DNA of 64,000 nucleotides. Origin: Octopus sinensis. Taxonomy: Eukaryota. The notes beneath the pieces are model-generated. The model did not search any database. It saw only the letters and a list, made by a program, of their open reading frames with translations, and was not told the DNA's origin. The DNA lies in NCBI RefSeq assembly GCF_006345805.1, contig NC_042999.1:3906001-3970000 (forward strand). Reading direction: 5' to 3'. This document shows positions 50,835-63,354 of the stretch, piece by piece; the first letter of the stretch is position 1, and the number at the start of each line of letters is the position of its first letter. The position numbers and the translations under genes were made by a program.

Positions 50835-51375
50835 GCTCAAAAAGCAAAAAGCAAGGCCATGTAGGGGGACATGGAGTTATGTACAGGGTGGTGTTCATGT
50901 AAAGAGTTCAGGCCACTTGAAGTCAAGGGAGACTTTGAACAAAGCGGTCATCGGCATCTTCACCATCTCGTCTGGCAGCTTGTTCCACGGATCCGCAACC
51001 CGGACGGAGAAAGCCCCTCTCCTTCAATTGAGATGAAATCGTCGCAGATAGAGCTTTTCGGAATGACCCTGCAGCCGACGCTCTGGAGCAGGAGTGAAGA
51101 ACAGCTCTTTCGAGAGGTTACACTTTCCGCTTATGATGTTGTGAGCAAGAATGAGATCACCACGGCTGCGGCGTTTTTCTAGAGAATAAAGGTCGAGCGT
51201 CTTCAGCCTTTCTTCATAAGACAAATTCTTGAGACCATGAACCATGCGGGTAGCCAGCTTCTGGACTCTTTCGAGATGCTGTATGTCTTTGAGGAGATAA
51301 GGAAAAGAGGCTTGAATCCCGTACTCCAATATGGGTCTCACCAGCGTGACATAGAGCGGTAGGAATATGGCTGCT
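50835..51375 (-). mobile_element. CR1 LINE 3' end (RT C-terminal region)
   Basis: LYVTLVRPILEYG...LERVQKLATRMV.GLKNLSYEERL..LDLYSLEKRR.RGDLI...FSVRVADPWNKLP; one in-frame TGA at 51024; (GCTTTTT)n tail. Confidence 0.9.
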
Positions 51376-51514
51376 GTGTCCTTGTGTCCTTGAGCAACAC
51401 AGTTTCACATTGCTCCTGTTCACTCGGCTATAAATGAGTGTCATCCAGCTACTTGGACAGCTCTATCACCCAATTTTCACATCCTTGATACTCTGCTGTA
51501 TCAGGAGTGAAGAC

Positions 51515-51785
51515 ATGGCTGTGTGGTAAGAAATTTGGTTCCAGGTTCAGTCACACGACATGGCACATTGAACAAATGTCTTCTACTATAGCCCCCATGC
51601 CAACCATCACCACCGCCACTTGACAACCAGTGCTGATGTGTTTATGTCTCTGTAAATTAATGGTTCAGTAAAAGAGACCAATAAAATAAGTACCAAGCTT
51701 AAAAAAAACAAAGGACTAAAAATTATTCAAGGTGTTGCTCCAGCATGGCTGCAGTCTAATGACTGAAACATATAAAAGATAAAGG
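51515..51785 (+). mobile_element. SINE-A copy
   Basis: ATGGCTGTGTGGTAAG head; GCTCCAGCATGGCTGCAGTCTAATGACTGAAAC tail. Confidence 0.65.
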
Positions 51786-52309
51786 TGTTGATAGAGAGTT
51801 TGTCTGCTTGCGGCAACATAGATACCTAAAGCAAGCAGCAAAAGCATAGTTCATGTCAGCAAACCATGCGCATTGTTGAGTGATAGCTGACTAAACCATA
51901 TACCTTACTAAATAATGACTGAGATCTTGTTCGTGTGTGTATGTGTGTATAAGATTTGTGCCTTGGATTATCTTCATATTTTATTGTTAAATCCTGATCA
52001 CAGGTTTCTATCTTTGATCATAGAAATCTGATCAAGTGAACCTATAATCAAAGGCTTCCCATTTTTAACCTCAACTTTTTTAGCTGATGTTTCTAATAGA
52101 TCAAGAGATCACAAAGAGTCTCCCTTGATGGTTTGTTAACTAGTTTTACTGTTTACTAGTTTTCTGAGATATATCATCTCCTGATCTTTATTATATGAAT
52201 CACATTTAGAAACAGAAATTATACATCAAATGACTATTACTCATGCAAAGTAGTAGTAGTAGTAGTAGTAGAAGCAGCAGCAGTAGTAATAATGATAATA
52301 ATGGTTTCA

Positions 52310-52520
52310 AATTTTGATGCAACACCGGCAATTTGGGGGTAGGAAGGAAGTAAGTTGATTACATTGACTCCGATGCTCAACTGGTACTTATTTTATCGAC
52401 CCCAAAAGGATGACTGGTAAAGTTGACCTCAGAGGAATTTGAACTCAGAATGTAAAGATGGACGAAAAGCCTTTATGCATTTTGCCCAGCATGCTCATGA
52501 TTCTGTCAGCTCTCTGCCTT
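52310..52520 (-). mobile_element. SINE-C copy
   Basis: CTGGTACTTATTTTATCGACCCCAAAAGGATGA..AAGTTGACCTC..GGAATTTGAACTCAGAA. Confidence 0.65.
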
Positions 52521-52522
52521 AA

Positions 52523-52960
52523 TCATCATCATCGTCGTTTAACGTCCGCTTTCCATGCTAGCATGGGTTGGACAGTTTAACTGGGGTCTGGGAAGCCAGA
52601 AGGCTGCACCAGGCCCAGTCTTATCTGGCAGTGTTTCTACAGCTGGATGCCCTTCCTAACACCAACCACTCCGTGAGTGTAGTGGGTGCTTTTTATGTGC
52701 CACCTGCTCGGGTGCCAGACGAGGCTGGCAAACGGCCATGATCGGATGGTGCTTTTTACGTGCCACCGGCACGGAGACCAGTCAAAGCAGGCAACGGCCA
52801 TGATCAGATGGTGATTTTTACGTGCCACCAGCACGGAGGCCAGTCAGGGCGGCGCTGGCTACAGCCACGTTCAGATGGTTCTTTTACGTGCCACCAGCAC
52901 TAGTATCACAGCTACAAATTCCATTGATGTTGATTGATTGCAATTTTGATTTTCAATTGC
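52523..52960 (-). mobile_element. Young RTE 3' UTR with four internal tandem units
   Basis: Same family as 15745 and 42352; TTTTA(C/T)GTGCCACC x4. Confidence 0.8.
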
Positions 52961-52995
52961 CTCAACAGCCAATAATAATAATAATAATTGAACTG

Positions 52996-53118
52996 CGTTG
53001 CAATTAGACAACTTACAGAATGGTGCAGTTCCAGAGTGGATTGTAGAGGGAAAGACAATATTGTTGATGAAAGATCAGTCAAAGAGCAATGAGGTTGGCA
53101 ATTACTGACCCACTGCTC
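52996..53118 (+). pseudogene. R4/Dong-like (RLE) reverse transcriptase fragment
   Basis: LQNGAVPEWIVEGKTILLMKDQSKSNEVGNY*PTA resembles the PEW...G.T.L..K......NYRPI motif. Confidence 0.6.
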
Positions 53119-53525
53119 TAAGCCTACTATAATAAAATATCACCTACACTCCACTCCAGCCTAGTTAAGAACCAGTCCAGTAGACTGCTAACTCACCCAG
53201 GTTGGTGACCTTAGATATCATATTACACATTTTCACAAACTATATTCTTAACCTCAACAGCCAACTTTGTTGGTCATTCTCCCATTTCAAAGTTGGCCTT
53301 GACAGACTTCAGCCACATCTCTACTGTATTCTTGGGATATTCTTTTTTCATAAAATTATGGTTTATCCAATGATTACAGTTTTTTGTAATAGAGTAATGT
53401 TCTCATTCTATTAAAAAGTTATATAAGAGACAGCTGTAATGAGCTGAGAATTATCCATCGTATGTTATTATTCATTTGATTATATATATAATGTATGTGT
53501 GTGAGTATTTATATATATGTGTGTT

Positions 53526-53570
<45 letters not shown>

Positions 53571-55039
53571 ATATACATATACACACATACACATTAATAT
53601 TTGTTCTAAAATAATTGGAAGTTGTATCTTAAATGTTCCATTTTATGTGCAATGAAGACAATTTCAATGTTTTTGTGGCCTAAGTACTTTGTCAATTTTG
53701 AATTGCTGCCATCATTGATTTCCTCGGATTCCATTATTTTTTGTCTACTTTTTTTATGCTTGCTTAATCCTTTAGAGACAAAGACTACTAGTGGTACTGT
53801 TCAAGAGAAAATTTCTAAATATCTATGATATACAAAATAAATACAATGGTATTACTTAAAGCTCTGTCTATTCTGAATTACAACAGACAAAGAATAGTTT
53901 GTGTGTGTGTGCAATACAGTAACAATGAGATTAGTACATCTGCCTCTTTTTCTTTTACCATTTCTCTAGTCAGTTACAGCATATTTGACTTGAATTTGTC
54001 CAATGCATGTTTCTGCTGCTTAGACATCTAGCAACTGCATTTGCATCCAGTTACTTTCAGCTAGTCATTACTTTACTCAACGTCCAGCCACTGATGTGGA
54101 TAGTGTATCCCTATCTATTTGCTATATATATATATGATGAGATTATTGTATAGAGTGCTACTGTATAGTAACTTAACTGCACTGCAACTCACTAGAAAAA
54201 GTTAAAGGATGGTACAGAAAGCAGACATATTAGTCAAATAAAAAAAGAGACCAAAGAAGGCCAAAAGTACATTCACAGTACACAAAATAAAGCACAAAAA
54301 AAAAGACAGGAAAGTGAACAGTAAAAGAGCCATAAAGAGGAATGGGTGCATTGGCACATCAGTAGTATCCTTGGCAAATAGCAGGAAACATGGAATTTTT
54401 GAAGACTACTTTGTTCTGAAAACAAACCTGTCGTTTTTATGTATATATGTATATTTATGTCTGTGTTTATCTGTCTTCTTGTTTTGACATCACATGATGG
54501 TTGTCAATGAACAGTACTGTCATGTGATCAATGTGGTTTGTTTCAATCTTCTATGAAAAATGCGTCCATGGGGTATGGTGCCACATAAAAAGCGCCCAGT
54601 ACACCCTGTAAAGTGGTCGATGATAGGAAGGGCATCCAGCTGTAGAAGCCATGCCGAAACAGACAATGGGACCCAGTGTGGTTCCTGGTCTTGCCTGCTC
54701 CTGTCAAACCATCCAGCCCATGCCAATATGGACGTGGAATTAAATGAAGATGAAGATGGAAACAAGTGGTGGTTGATGACAGGAAAGGTATCTGACCAGA
54801 GAAAATCTGCCTTAATAAATTCTGTCTGAGCCATGCAAGCATAGAAAAATGGATGTTAAATCTATGATGTATCAATAAACAAAGAAAATTATTTTGTCTC
54901 AGGTCAGAATTCTGGGAATGATTTCAATTTTTATACATCAATTATTCTATACCCTTAATATAAATCATGTATGTAGCAGCAATTGTATTAGTAGCAGAAG
55001 TTACTGTCATAACAATGATGTAAGTGAGAGCAGTACCAG

Positions 55040-55057
55040 CAGTGGTGGTGGTGGTGA

Positions 55058-55092
<35 letters not shown>

Positions 55093-55135
55093 CTACTACT
55101 ACTACTACTACTACTGGTGGTGGTGGTGGTGGTAC
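55040..55135. repeat. (GGT)n-(AGT)11(ACT)8-(GGT)n trinucleotide cluster
   Basis: Directly visible; contains a 48-bp perfect palindrome at 55068-55115. Confidence 0.9.
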
Positions 55136-56629
55136 TAGCAATAAGAATGTTATTAACAATAACGGAAGCAGAATTTTTTAAAAATTCTTGTATATGTGCC
55201 AGGCAAACAGTGGTTTTGTATGCTGATTTTGATCATCAGAGTTAAAGTCTCCAGAAAGACAAATCACAACTAGACAATAATAGGCAATTTGCCAAGACAG
55301 TAACACATTTAAGGAACTTGATGAATTCAATTTCCTTGTATTCTAAACTACAGGAATAGATTTACACTAAATAGATCGGTTAGAATTTACTTAAGCAGTT
55401 GTTTCAGCTTAACAAAGAAGATACTCTCCTATTGGACCTGCAGACCTGTGTTTATACAATTTGATAATTTACTCATTATAAATTCTTTGTATGCTTTGCA
55501 GGTATTGTTCCAATATGCCGATTAAAACTTATGAATGTTCTCATTTAAGCAGAGTGCAGGCTATCTACTGACTTCTCATCAAATTCTAATAAAAATTGGT
55601 TGATTCATTTATACCAGACTAGGACTTGAGTTGAAATTTATTGGATGCAAAGCTAATCTCTATAGGTTAATTCATTGAAATGAAAACAGATCACAAGTTC
55701 ATACACATCAGCTGAATGGATCATTCAGTCTTTGAGCAAATTAAATTGTACCATTGGGCAGTCTTGTATTACTGTAATTCCAGTGCAGTATTATTGTCTC
55801 TGTTTATTTTAAAGTCTTTTGGAAGTTAAAGACTTCAAATAAAAATCAATTTCACTAAAAAGAATAAAATTTACTTTTATTACTTTGGTATTTTACTATC
55901 AAACAAAAAATTGAAAAGGTGGGGAAAATGATGTCATCATCATCATCGTCATCATTTAATGTCTATCTTCCATACTGGCATGGGTTGAGCAATTTAACAG
56001 GATCCACTGAAGGGAGATGGGGCTCCAATGCCTGCTTTGCATGGTTTCAATAGCTGGATGTCCTTCCTAACACCAACCACTTTACAGAGTTGACTGAGTG
56101 CTTTTTTCATGACACCAGCACTAATGAGGTCACAAAGTCACTTGCAAGATGCAAACCCTTGATTGAATAGGGTTATAGTAGAAAGGGAGGCATCTGTATA
56201 TTAGGTTTTAAGGGGTTACATTATGGTAGAGGGACATGAATAGTTACCTTGCCATTGAGGAGATACATGGCTACTCCACATAATATTAAGGTGGCTGGTA
56301 GTAGCTCAATAGAGAGATAAAGACAGTGGTGATAAGATGTCATGGTGTACTATCAAGGAACAAGATGGTGGATAGAAGAGAGAATGAGGACTTTTCGATG
56401 AATTTCAAGTTAATATATTATATACTATAGTATGAAGTAGAAAGGGAAACAAAAATATTAGTATGATAGCTTACATATGTAGTCTGATGTTGTTAACACT
56501 ACTAACATGCATTATTTTGGGGTTAAAATACACACACACTCACACACACATGTCCAACCCATGCCAACATGGAAAATAGATGTTAAAGGATGTTTATGAT
56601 GAATGCATGTGGGTATATGTAAGTATATA

Positions 56630-56815
56630 ATGGTGGCACGTAAAAGCACCCATTACACTCAGCATGGTTGGCATTAAGAAGGGCACCCAGCCGTAGAAAA
56701 CCATGCCAAATAAGATTGGAGTCTGGTGCAGCCTTCTAACTTACCAGCCCTGGTCAAACTGTCCAACCCATGCCAGCATGGACAACGGACATTAAATGAT
56801 GATGATGATGATGAT
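56630..56815 (+). mobile_element. RTE 3' UTR fragment
   Basis: GGTGGCACGTAAAAGCACCC..AACCCATGCCAGCATGGACAACGGACATTAAA(TGA)n. Confidence 0.7.
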
Positions 56816-58549
56816 ATATGTAAATATATATATGCATATGTGCAAACACATTTACATACATAAACACGTATATCTCCTTGTGATTATGTATGCAAGTGCA
56901 CTTCAAAATAGTACAAGAACTATATTTACATATTCCTATTTTAAGCACAGCAAAAGTAGATCTCAAAATATGTTTAATATTTTGGTTTTATTTTGAAGAA
57001 ATTTAAATGAAATTGAAAATTTTGCAAAATGAGATTATCTTTGGTAGCAAACATATAACATCTTATAAAATTGCTAGCTTTAGTTACGTCCTCAGTATTA
57101 CACTTACAGTTTTTTAACTGCTCATTGCTGATGTTTTTATAAATAAATAAGGAAAAAAATGATTAAAAATAGTTTGATATGATTGAAACAAGTAATAATT
57201 TATTTACTATATCATTATCAATACATATAAAAAAAAACATAGATTAGAGAACAAACATCAATTCTAGTCAACGACTTTATATAACACCACGCTTCCATAC
57301 ATTTGATCATATATAAATATTACCATGGCTTCCAACATATAAAGAATAAATATATAAAAAAACACAGAAGGTAAAAAAAATATATATGCAAATAAAAATA
57401 CAAATATATAGAACAGCCTATCAAGAAGGCGTATACAGTCGACTAAAAATTCTAAAGCATGTCATGTGACTAAAAATCTAAATAAAATAAAATATCACTT
57501 GACTAACAAAGTTTTCTTACTCCCCTCATGTAAAAATATATCATTAAAGTTCATTTCGTAAAACCCAAGGTAAGTTGAAGTCCAGGAGTATAAGAGAGTT
57601 CCACAAAATCAAGTCAAACACATCTATGGCCATTTCAGGAGTTCACTGCCGCAGTTCAATTATGTGTTAAAGTGCATCTTGACAATAACCCCCTCATCAG
57701 GATGCACAGGAATCTCAGTAAATTGTTCATTCATGGGTAAATCTTATATACATGGGGCTATGGTGAGATTCTTGTGAACCAATATATGTAGGATATTTGT
57801 ATAGATTTACCATGAGAATTTTGTGAACCTCTATATATGAAATCTTTGCATAGAACTATAAGGAGATTCTTGTGAATCTATATATGTGAGATCTGTGATT
57901 AAAGTTGTTTCACTCCAGGCATTTCATCTCTTATTTATCAAGCTTATTGTCTCTAAGGCTATGTTATTCCATAGCACCTTTTTTTCTTCTTTTTGTGAAG
58001 ACACTAAGGATAACTTTTGAAGATTTGGTTAAGCAACAATGTAGCTTCCTGGCCGGTTTCTGAAAATGTTTGTATCATGTCAGTGTTCATGTGTAGTGAT
58101 TACTTTATTAGCTGTACTGACATTTATTTTGTTGAGAGGTTCACTCTAAAGTGGGAGCAGCACTAGTTATAGTGTGATTTTGTTGTGATAAAGCTATTTT
58201 GTTATATATTTTAATGTTGTTAATTCTGAATTCACTGGTTTCAATCATTACAACTTTATCATCAGTTTCCTAATTATTATTTTTCAACTCTCGGAATGTG
58301 TTTGCATAGCAATATTTTATACATTACAGATTAAGTAATGAATATTCCTTTTGATATCAACCTGCCTGATTCTGCTTTTAGATTTGTTATATAAATTGAT
58401 TGTCTTAAAGTAGTCTAGAATCAAAATCTGTATCAAAATTTCATGTTGATTTATGTTACAAACATGAACTTAATAAAATCAAAGTTATTTCAAAAGTTTT
58501 TCATAATTGACATAAAGGCAACATATTTGAACAGAAATATCGTTTATCT

Positions 58550-58890
58550 TTTACTTGTTTCAGTCACTAGATTGTGACCATGCTGAGGTACTACCTTGAA
58601 GAATTTTTAGTTGGATGAATTGACCCCAGGGCTTATATTTTCTGTTGGTCGCTTTTGCTGAACCACTAAGTTACAAGGATGTAAACACACCAACAGCAGT
58701 TGTCAAGTAGTGGTGGGACACACACATACACACTTGAAGGGCTTTTTTTCAGTTTCCATTTACCAAATCCACTCATAAAGCTTTTGTCAGTTTGAGGCTA
58801 TAGTACAAGACACTTGCCAAGATGCCATGCAGTGGGACTGAACCCAGAACTATGTGGTTGGGAAGCAAGCTTCTTACCACACAGTCACGC
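58550..58890 (-). mobile_element. SINE-A copy
   Basis: TTACTTGTTTCAGTCA tail through the GCAAGCTTCTTACCACACAG head. Confidence 0.65.
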
Positions 58891-59469
58891 CTGTGCTTTC
58901 ATTATTTTCAAAATTAATTGAGGTAAAGGCAATGTATTTCAATAGAGTTATGTTAACAAAAGGGTTAAATATTACTCTGATTGCAAAACAGGATGAAAAA
59001 AACAAACTACTGATTGTGAAAATCATTGTCAAACTAATCAAATGGGGTGACTACTTGATATGTACAGCAAGGAAAAAAAAATATTGTGTGTAGATGAAAG
59101 GATATACCCATGGAAGATGAATAACTTGGGAGTCATTGTATGAAGCAAAGCAATTAAAGTGAAGAGAAAATCTGATCTCCCATTTGAGATTAAAATCCAT
59201 GAGAGAGATTTATTGCAGATTTATCCATTGCATGCTAGAATGGAAAATGGCTATTAAAAGAAAGAGTATTATATATCAATTGATTATATGAAAACAAATT
59301 GTTATACTAATTAGATTACTGCTTAGGTGACATAACTAGTATTTAATTGATAATTAATACTGTAGCTTTCATTTAAATTGGTATCAACTTACATAGAGAA
59401 TATATTTTTTATGAGGAGACGTAGACTAATTTCCTTTGAAAACAATAGTATCTATCAACTGAAATCTTT

Positions 59470-59850
59470 ACCATCATCATCATCATCAGCATTTTAACAT
59501 CTATTTTCCATACTTCCATGGGTCAGACACAGTTCATAGAAGCAGATTTTCTACAACTAGATGTCCTTCTTGTTGTCAACCCTCAGCTATTTCAAAGTAT
59601 GTTAATATTTCCCCATGGTCACTATGTATATGATGGTGGCACTCATTTACAACTATTGGGCAATGTGAAGACAAGGAGACACAAACGCACATATGCATAC
59701 AATGAGCTTCTTTCAGTTTCTTTCTATCAAATACACTCACAAGTCTTTGGCTAGCCTGGGACTAGAGTAGAAGGAACTTGCCCAAGATATTATACATTGG
59801 AACTGAACTTGAAATCATGTAATTGGAAAGTGAATTTCTTAACACAGCCA
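59470..59850 (-). mobile_element. SINE-A head with RTE-type tail
   Basis: (CAT)n..TTTAACATCTATTTTCCAT..CTTCTTTCAGTTTC..GGAACTGAAC..CACAGCC. Confidence 0.6.
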
Positions 59851-59874
59851 AATTATAATTTAGATATATGCTTA

Positions 59875-60283
59875 GGCGCAGGAGTGGCTATGTGGTAAGT
59901 AGCTTGCTAACCAACCACATGGTTCTGGGTTCAGTCCCACTGTGTGGCATCTTGAGCAAGTGTTTTCTTCTATAGCCCCGGACCGACCAATGCCTTGTGA
60001 GTGGATTTGGTAGATGGAAACTGAAAGAAGCCTGTCGTATATATGGATATATATATAAGTGTGTGTGTATATGTTTGTGTGTCTGTTTGTCCCCCTAGCA
60101 TTGCTTGACAACCGATGCTGGTGTGTTTGCATCCCCGTCACTTAGCAGTTCGGCAAAAGAGACCGATAGAATAAGTACTGGGCTTACAAAGAATAAGTCC
60201 CGGGGTTGATTTGCTCGACTAAAGGCAGTGCTCCAGCATGGCCGCAGTCAAATGACTGAAACAAGTAAAAGAGAAAGAGAAAG
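59875..60283 (+). mobile_element. SINE-A, full-length young copy
   Basis: Near-identical to 5685-6082. Confidence 0.85.
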
Positions 60284-61184
60284 ATATCAACTTCAGTTAG
60301 TTATAAACTATTGAGATCTCTAATTGTAAAGGTTTTCATCTGTGTTATTAGAGGAGATATATTTATAAATCTAAAATAACAGTATTAAATATTTTTTTTA
60401 AATTTCAATTTAATGAGTGCTTGAATAATATATTATTAAAAGAATTTACACAAAGATCATTTTTGAAAATTTTTGCAGGAAAGAAGAATGGAAATTTCAG
60501 ATTAATTATATTTTGGTTAAATGTGCTGTGCTTTCTTCGTCTGAGAACAAAGAGAGTCTGCTAGTGCAATATGCAAAACTGAATGGCAAATTTATGTTCA
60601 ATACTCATTATCATTATCATTAATGATTTTCACATTTATTTTTCCCCATTATGGTCATGTAATTCTTCATTATAAATTCTTTTCATGTTACTTTTTCTTT
60701 CTTTCATTCTTTCTTGTCTTAATTTTAAATGCTTTATTTCTGATATAATTTGACTTACCTCTACAAATCATACAAATATGAAAAGACAAACAAACATAAA
60801 AGATAAAATGACTTCAAGAGATGAAAATATAACCAAATGAAGAAAAAAAAAAGGTAGTTTGCAATGTACAGATCAGATAACAGGAGAATAAAGAATTGTA
60901 TCTTTTGATAAATCAGTGTAAATGACTTGCTCAAATACATTAACTAATATTTGGAGCTTTTAGAATGTGCCAGCTGCTGTGTAAATGTATATTTAAAATA
61001 CTGAGGTAATCTTGTCATAAAGAATATATAGGGCCATATGGTTGTAGCATAGCCCCAGGTTTTCTTGAATTAAGTGGAGGAGACTTGCAAACACATTTCT
61101 GCAGATGTTCTTATATTTACTTCTAATACTAGTGGACTGAAATGGATAGAATACTGTATACACACACACACACACACATATATA

Positions 61185-61915
61185 TGGCTCAATGGTTAGA
61201 GTTTCTGGTTCACAATCATAAGATTATGAGTTCAATTCCTAGACCTTGAGTTGTGTTCTTAGGCAAGACACTTTATTTCGTAATTCTATATTTAAAAGAT
61301 GAAGAATTATGTATCATTATTTACATTTGATGGATATTTATCCTCATCTTGTTTGTTATATAGATGGGCTATGGTGAGATTCTTGTGAACCAATATATGT
61401 TTTGGCTGATATACCCTCCAGCCTTCATCAGGCAGAGTGTTTAAGAGTGCAGGCTACTAACCCCAAGATTCTGAGTTCGATTCCAGGCAGTTACCTGAAC
61501 AACAATAATAATAATAGTTATAACATTGAAAAATACCTTAGGAATGAGAACCCAGGTTCGAAATTTCCCCAAGAAACCTGATGAAGGCTGGAGAGTATAT
61601 CAGCCAAAACATTGTGTTAACAGCAAACAAGATGAGTACAAATATCCATCAAATATAAATAATGTAAATAATGTACTTTATTTCATGTTGTTCTAGTTCA
61701 CTCAGCTGTAGGAATGAGTTGTAACATCACTGGTGCCAAGCTGTATCGACCTTTGCCTTTCCCTTGGATAACATTAGTGGTATGGAGAGGGGATGCTGGT
61801 ATGCATGGGCGACTGTTGGTCTTCTATAAACAACCTTGCCCAGACTTGTACCTCAGAAGGTAACTTTCTGGGTGCAATTCCATAGTTATTCATGACTGAA
61901 GGGTTTTTTTTACCT
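61185..61915 (+). mobile_element. tRNA-headed SINE split by a nested insertion
   Basis: Head TGGCTCAATGGTTAGAG..GAGTTCAATTCC ends at ACTTTATTTC (~61279). The sequence resumes at ACTTTATTTC (~61676), consistent with a 10-bp TSD. Confidence 0.55.
61280..61675 (+). mobile_element. tRNA-headed element with hammerhead-type (Penelope-like) tail and inverted 3' duplication
   Basis: 61431-61675 reads tRNA-like head..CCTGATGAAGGCTG..CAGCC..AACAAGATGAG..AATAATGT; 61281-61432 is an inverted copy of that tail. Confidence 0.6.
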
Positions 61916-61924
61916 TTTAATATA

Positions 61925-62137
61925 TGAAGGAGTGCTGAAAATTTCTTGGCTTTGGGTAAAAGAAAATACAGGAAGATCATTTATGATTTTATTCAGTATA
62001 ATTCCTTCTCAGACTCACACACTTATGGCAGTAGTTCTTCAATTTTTCTAAACCCTGTAAAAGAACTCAGAAGGTTTGGCCTCCAGCGAGGCCTTTTGCA
62101 ATACCCTTAAAGCCAGGAACTTTTCACAACCACCTCA
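61925..62137. mobile_element. Mariner-type MITE
   Basis: TA|TGAAGGAGTGCTGAAAATTTCTTGGCTTT ... AAAGCCAGGAACTTTTCACAACCACCTCA|TA; ~30-bp imperfect TIRs and TA TSD. Confidence 0.7.
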
Positions 62138-62234
62138 TATTTGTATGCAAATGCACATGTATATTCTTCATCCTATTCTGACCTTCAAGCAACAGCAAAA
62201 GTGAGGAACATGTAGACATTGGAATAGATGCGTG

Positions 62235-62374
62235 TGTTCAAAGTTTGCTTCACAACCACAATCTTACAGCCCTGAGCCGACCAAAGTCTTGTGAGTGGAT
62301 TTGGTTGACAGAAACTGAAAAGAACCTGGCCATATATGTGTGTATGTTTGTGCATGTTAGTGTGTGTGTATGTA

Positions 62375-62422
<48 letters not shown>

Positions 62423-62655
62423 TTCTAGTCTTGACATCATGTATTAGTTGTAAATGAGTGTCACTGTCATGTAAGGATTGTCCTTCATTTCCAGTCTTCC
62501 ATGAAAGCTTGTCTGGCCATGGGGAAACATTACCTTACTTGGAAACAAGTGGAGGATGATAACAGAGAGGGTGTGTAACCATAAAAAAACACTGTTCCAA
62601 TGTATTCTGTCTGACCCATGCAAGCATGGAAAAGTGGGCATTAAATTGATGATGA
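62235..62655 (+). mobile_element. SINE-A head with RTE-type tail
   Basis: GTGAGTGGATTTGG..GAAACTGAA, (TG)n, CTTGGAAACA..GACCCATGCAAGCATGGAAAAG..TTAAA(TGA)n. Confidence 0.6.
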
Positions 62656-63354
62656 TAATATATATATACACAGTTACACACTTCCCCACTTGTAACCTTG
62701 AAAGTTTTAAACTGCAGTAAACATGTTGTGAACATTCTTATCTATGCTAATAAACATGCTTCTTTAACTTTATTATTTTTGTTGTATTAAAGCTCTTAAC
62801 AACTCTAATAAAAAGTCATTGGCATAAGGAAATCCATACAAAACTTACATCCCTCTGTTCAGTATTTAGACTGATAAATCACTGCATTAAAAAAACAAAA
62901 TAACAAAATGTGCTTGCTTTCCTGCATACTTATGTAAAAATTTATTTCTTTTCATAGTCAAACCCGCTCATGTAGTAAATTGTAAAGCGCGCAATTACCA
63001 TTTTCCAGTGCATAGCTTACATAACTATAAATTATTCCTGTTTCAAATAACGCTACCTGCTATAGATGAGAGTTATTGATCTTCAAAATCAGGAGCTCTA
63101 TAGGAAATCGTCTAGAATTTCAATTTTTGTATTTAATTTTGTATCACAGTTATCTAGCAATTTGAAGTATATAGCTTAACATTAAAATGATTTTTCTTGG
63201 AATATTGATAAAATACATTCCATTTATACATGTACCATTGAATTGATGACAATGTTTTAGTTGCATATGTTTTTTTATACCACCCACGTCTTCTGTAAAT
63301 ATATATATATATAGTATATATCATCATCATCATGATGTTTACTATATATATATA

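Noticed and set aside
57672-57707. Minus-strand CTGATGA flanked by a 7-bp stem (GTGCATC/GATGCAC)
   Set aside because: No helix II and no GAAA, so the hammerhead core is incomplete.
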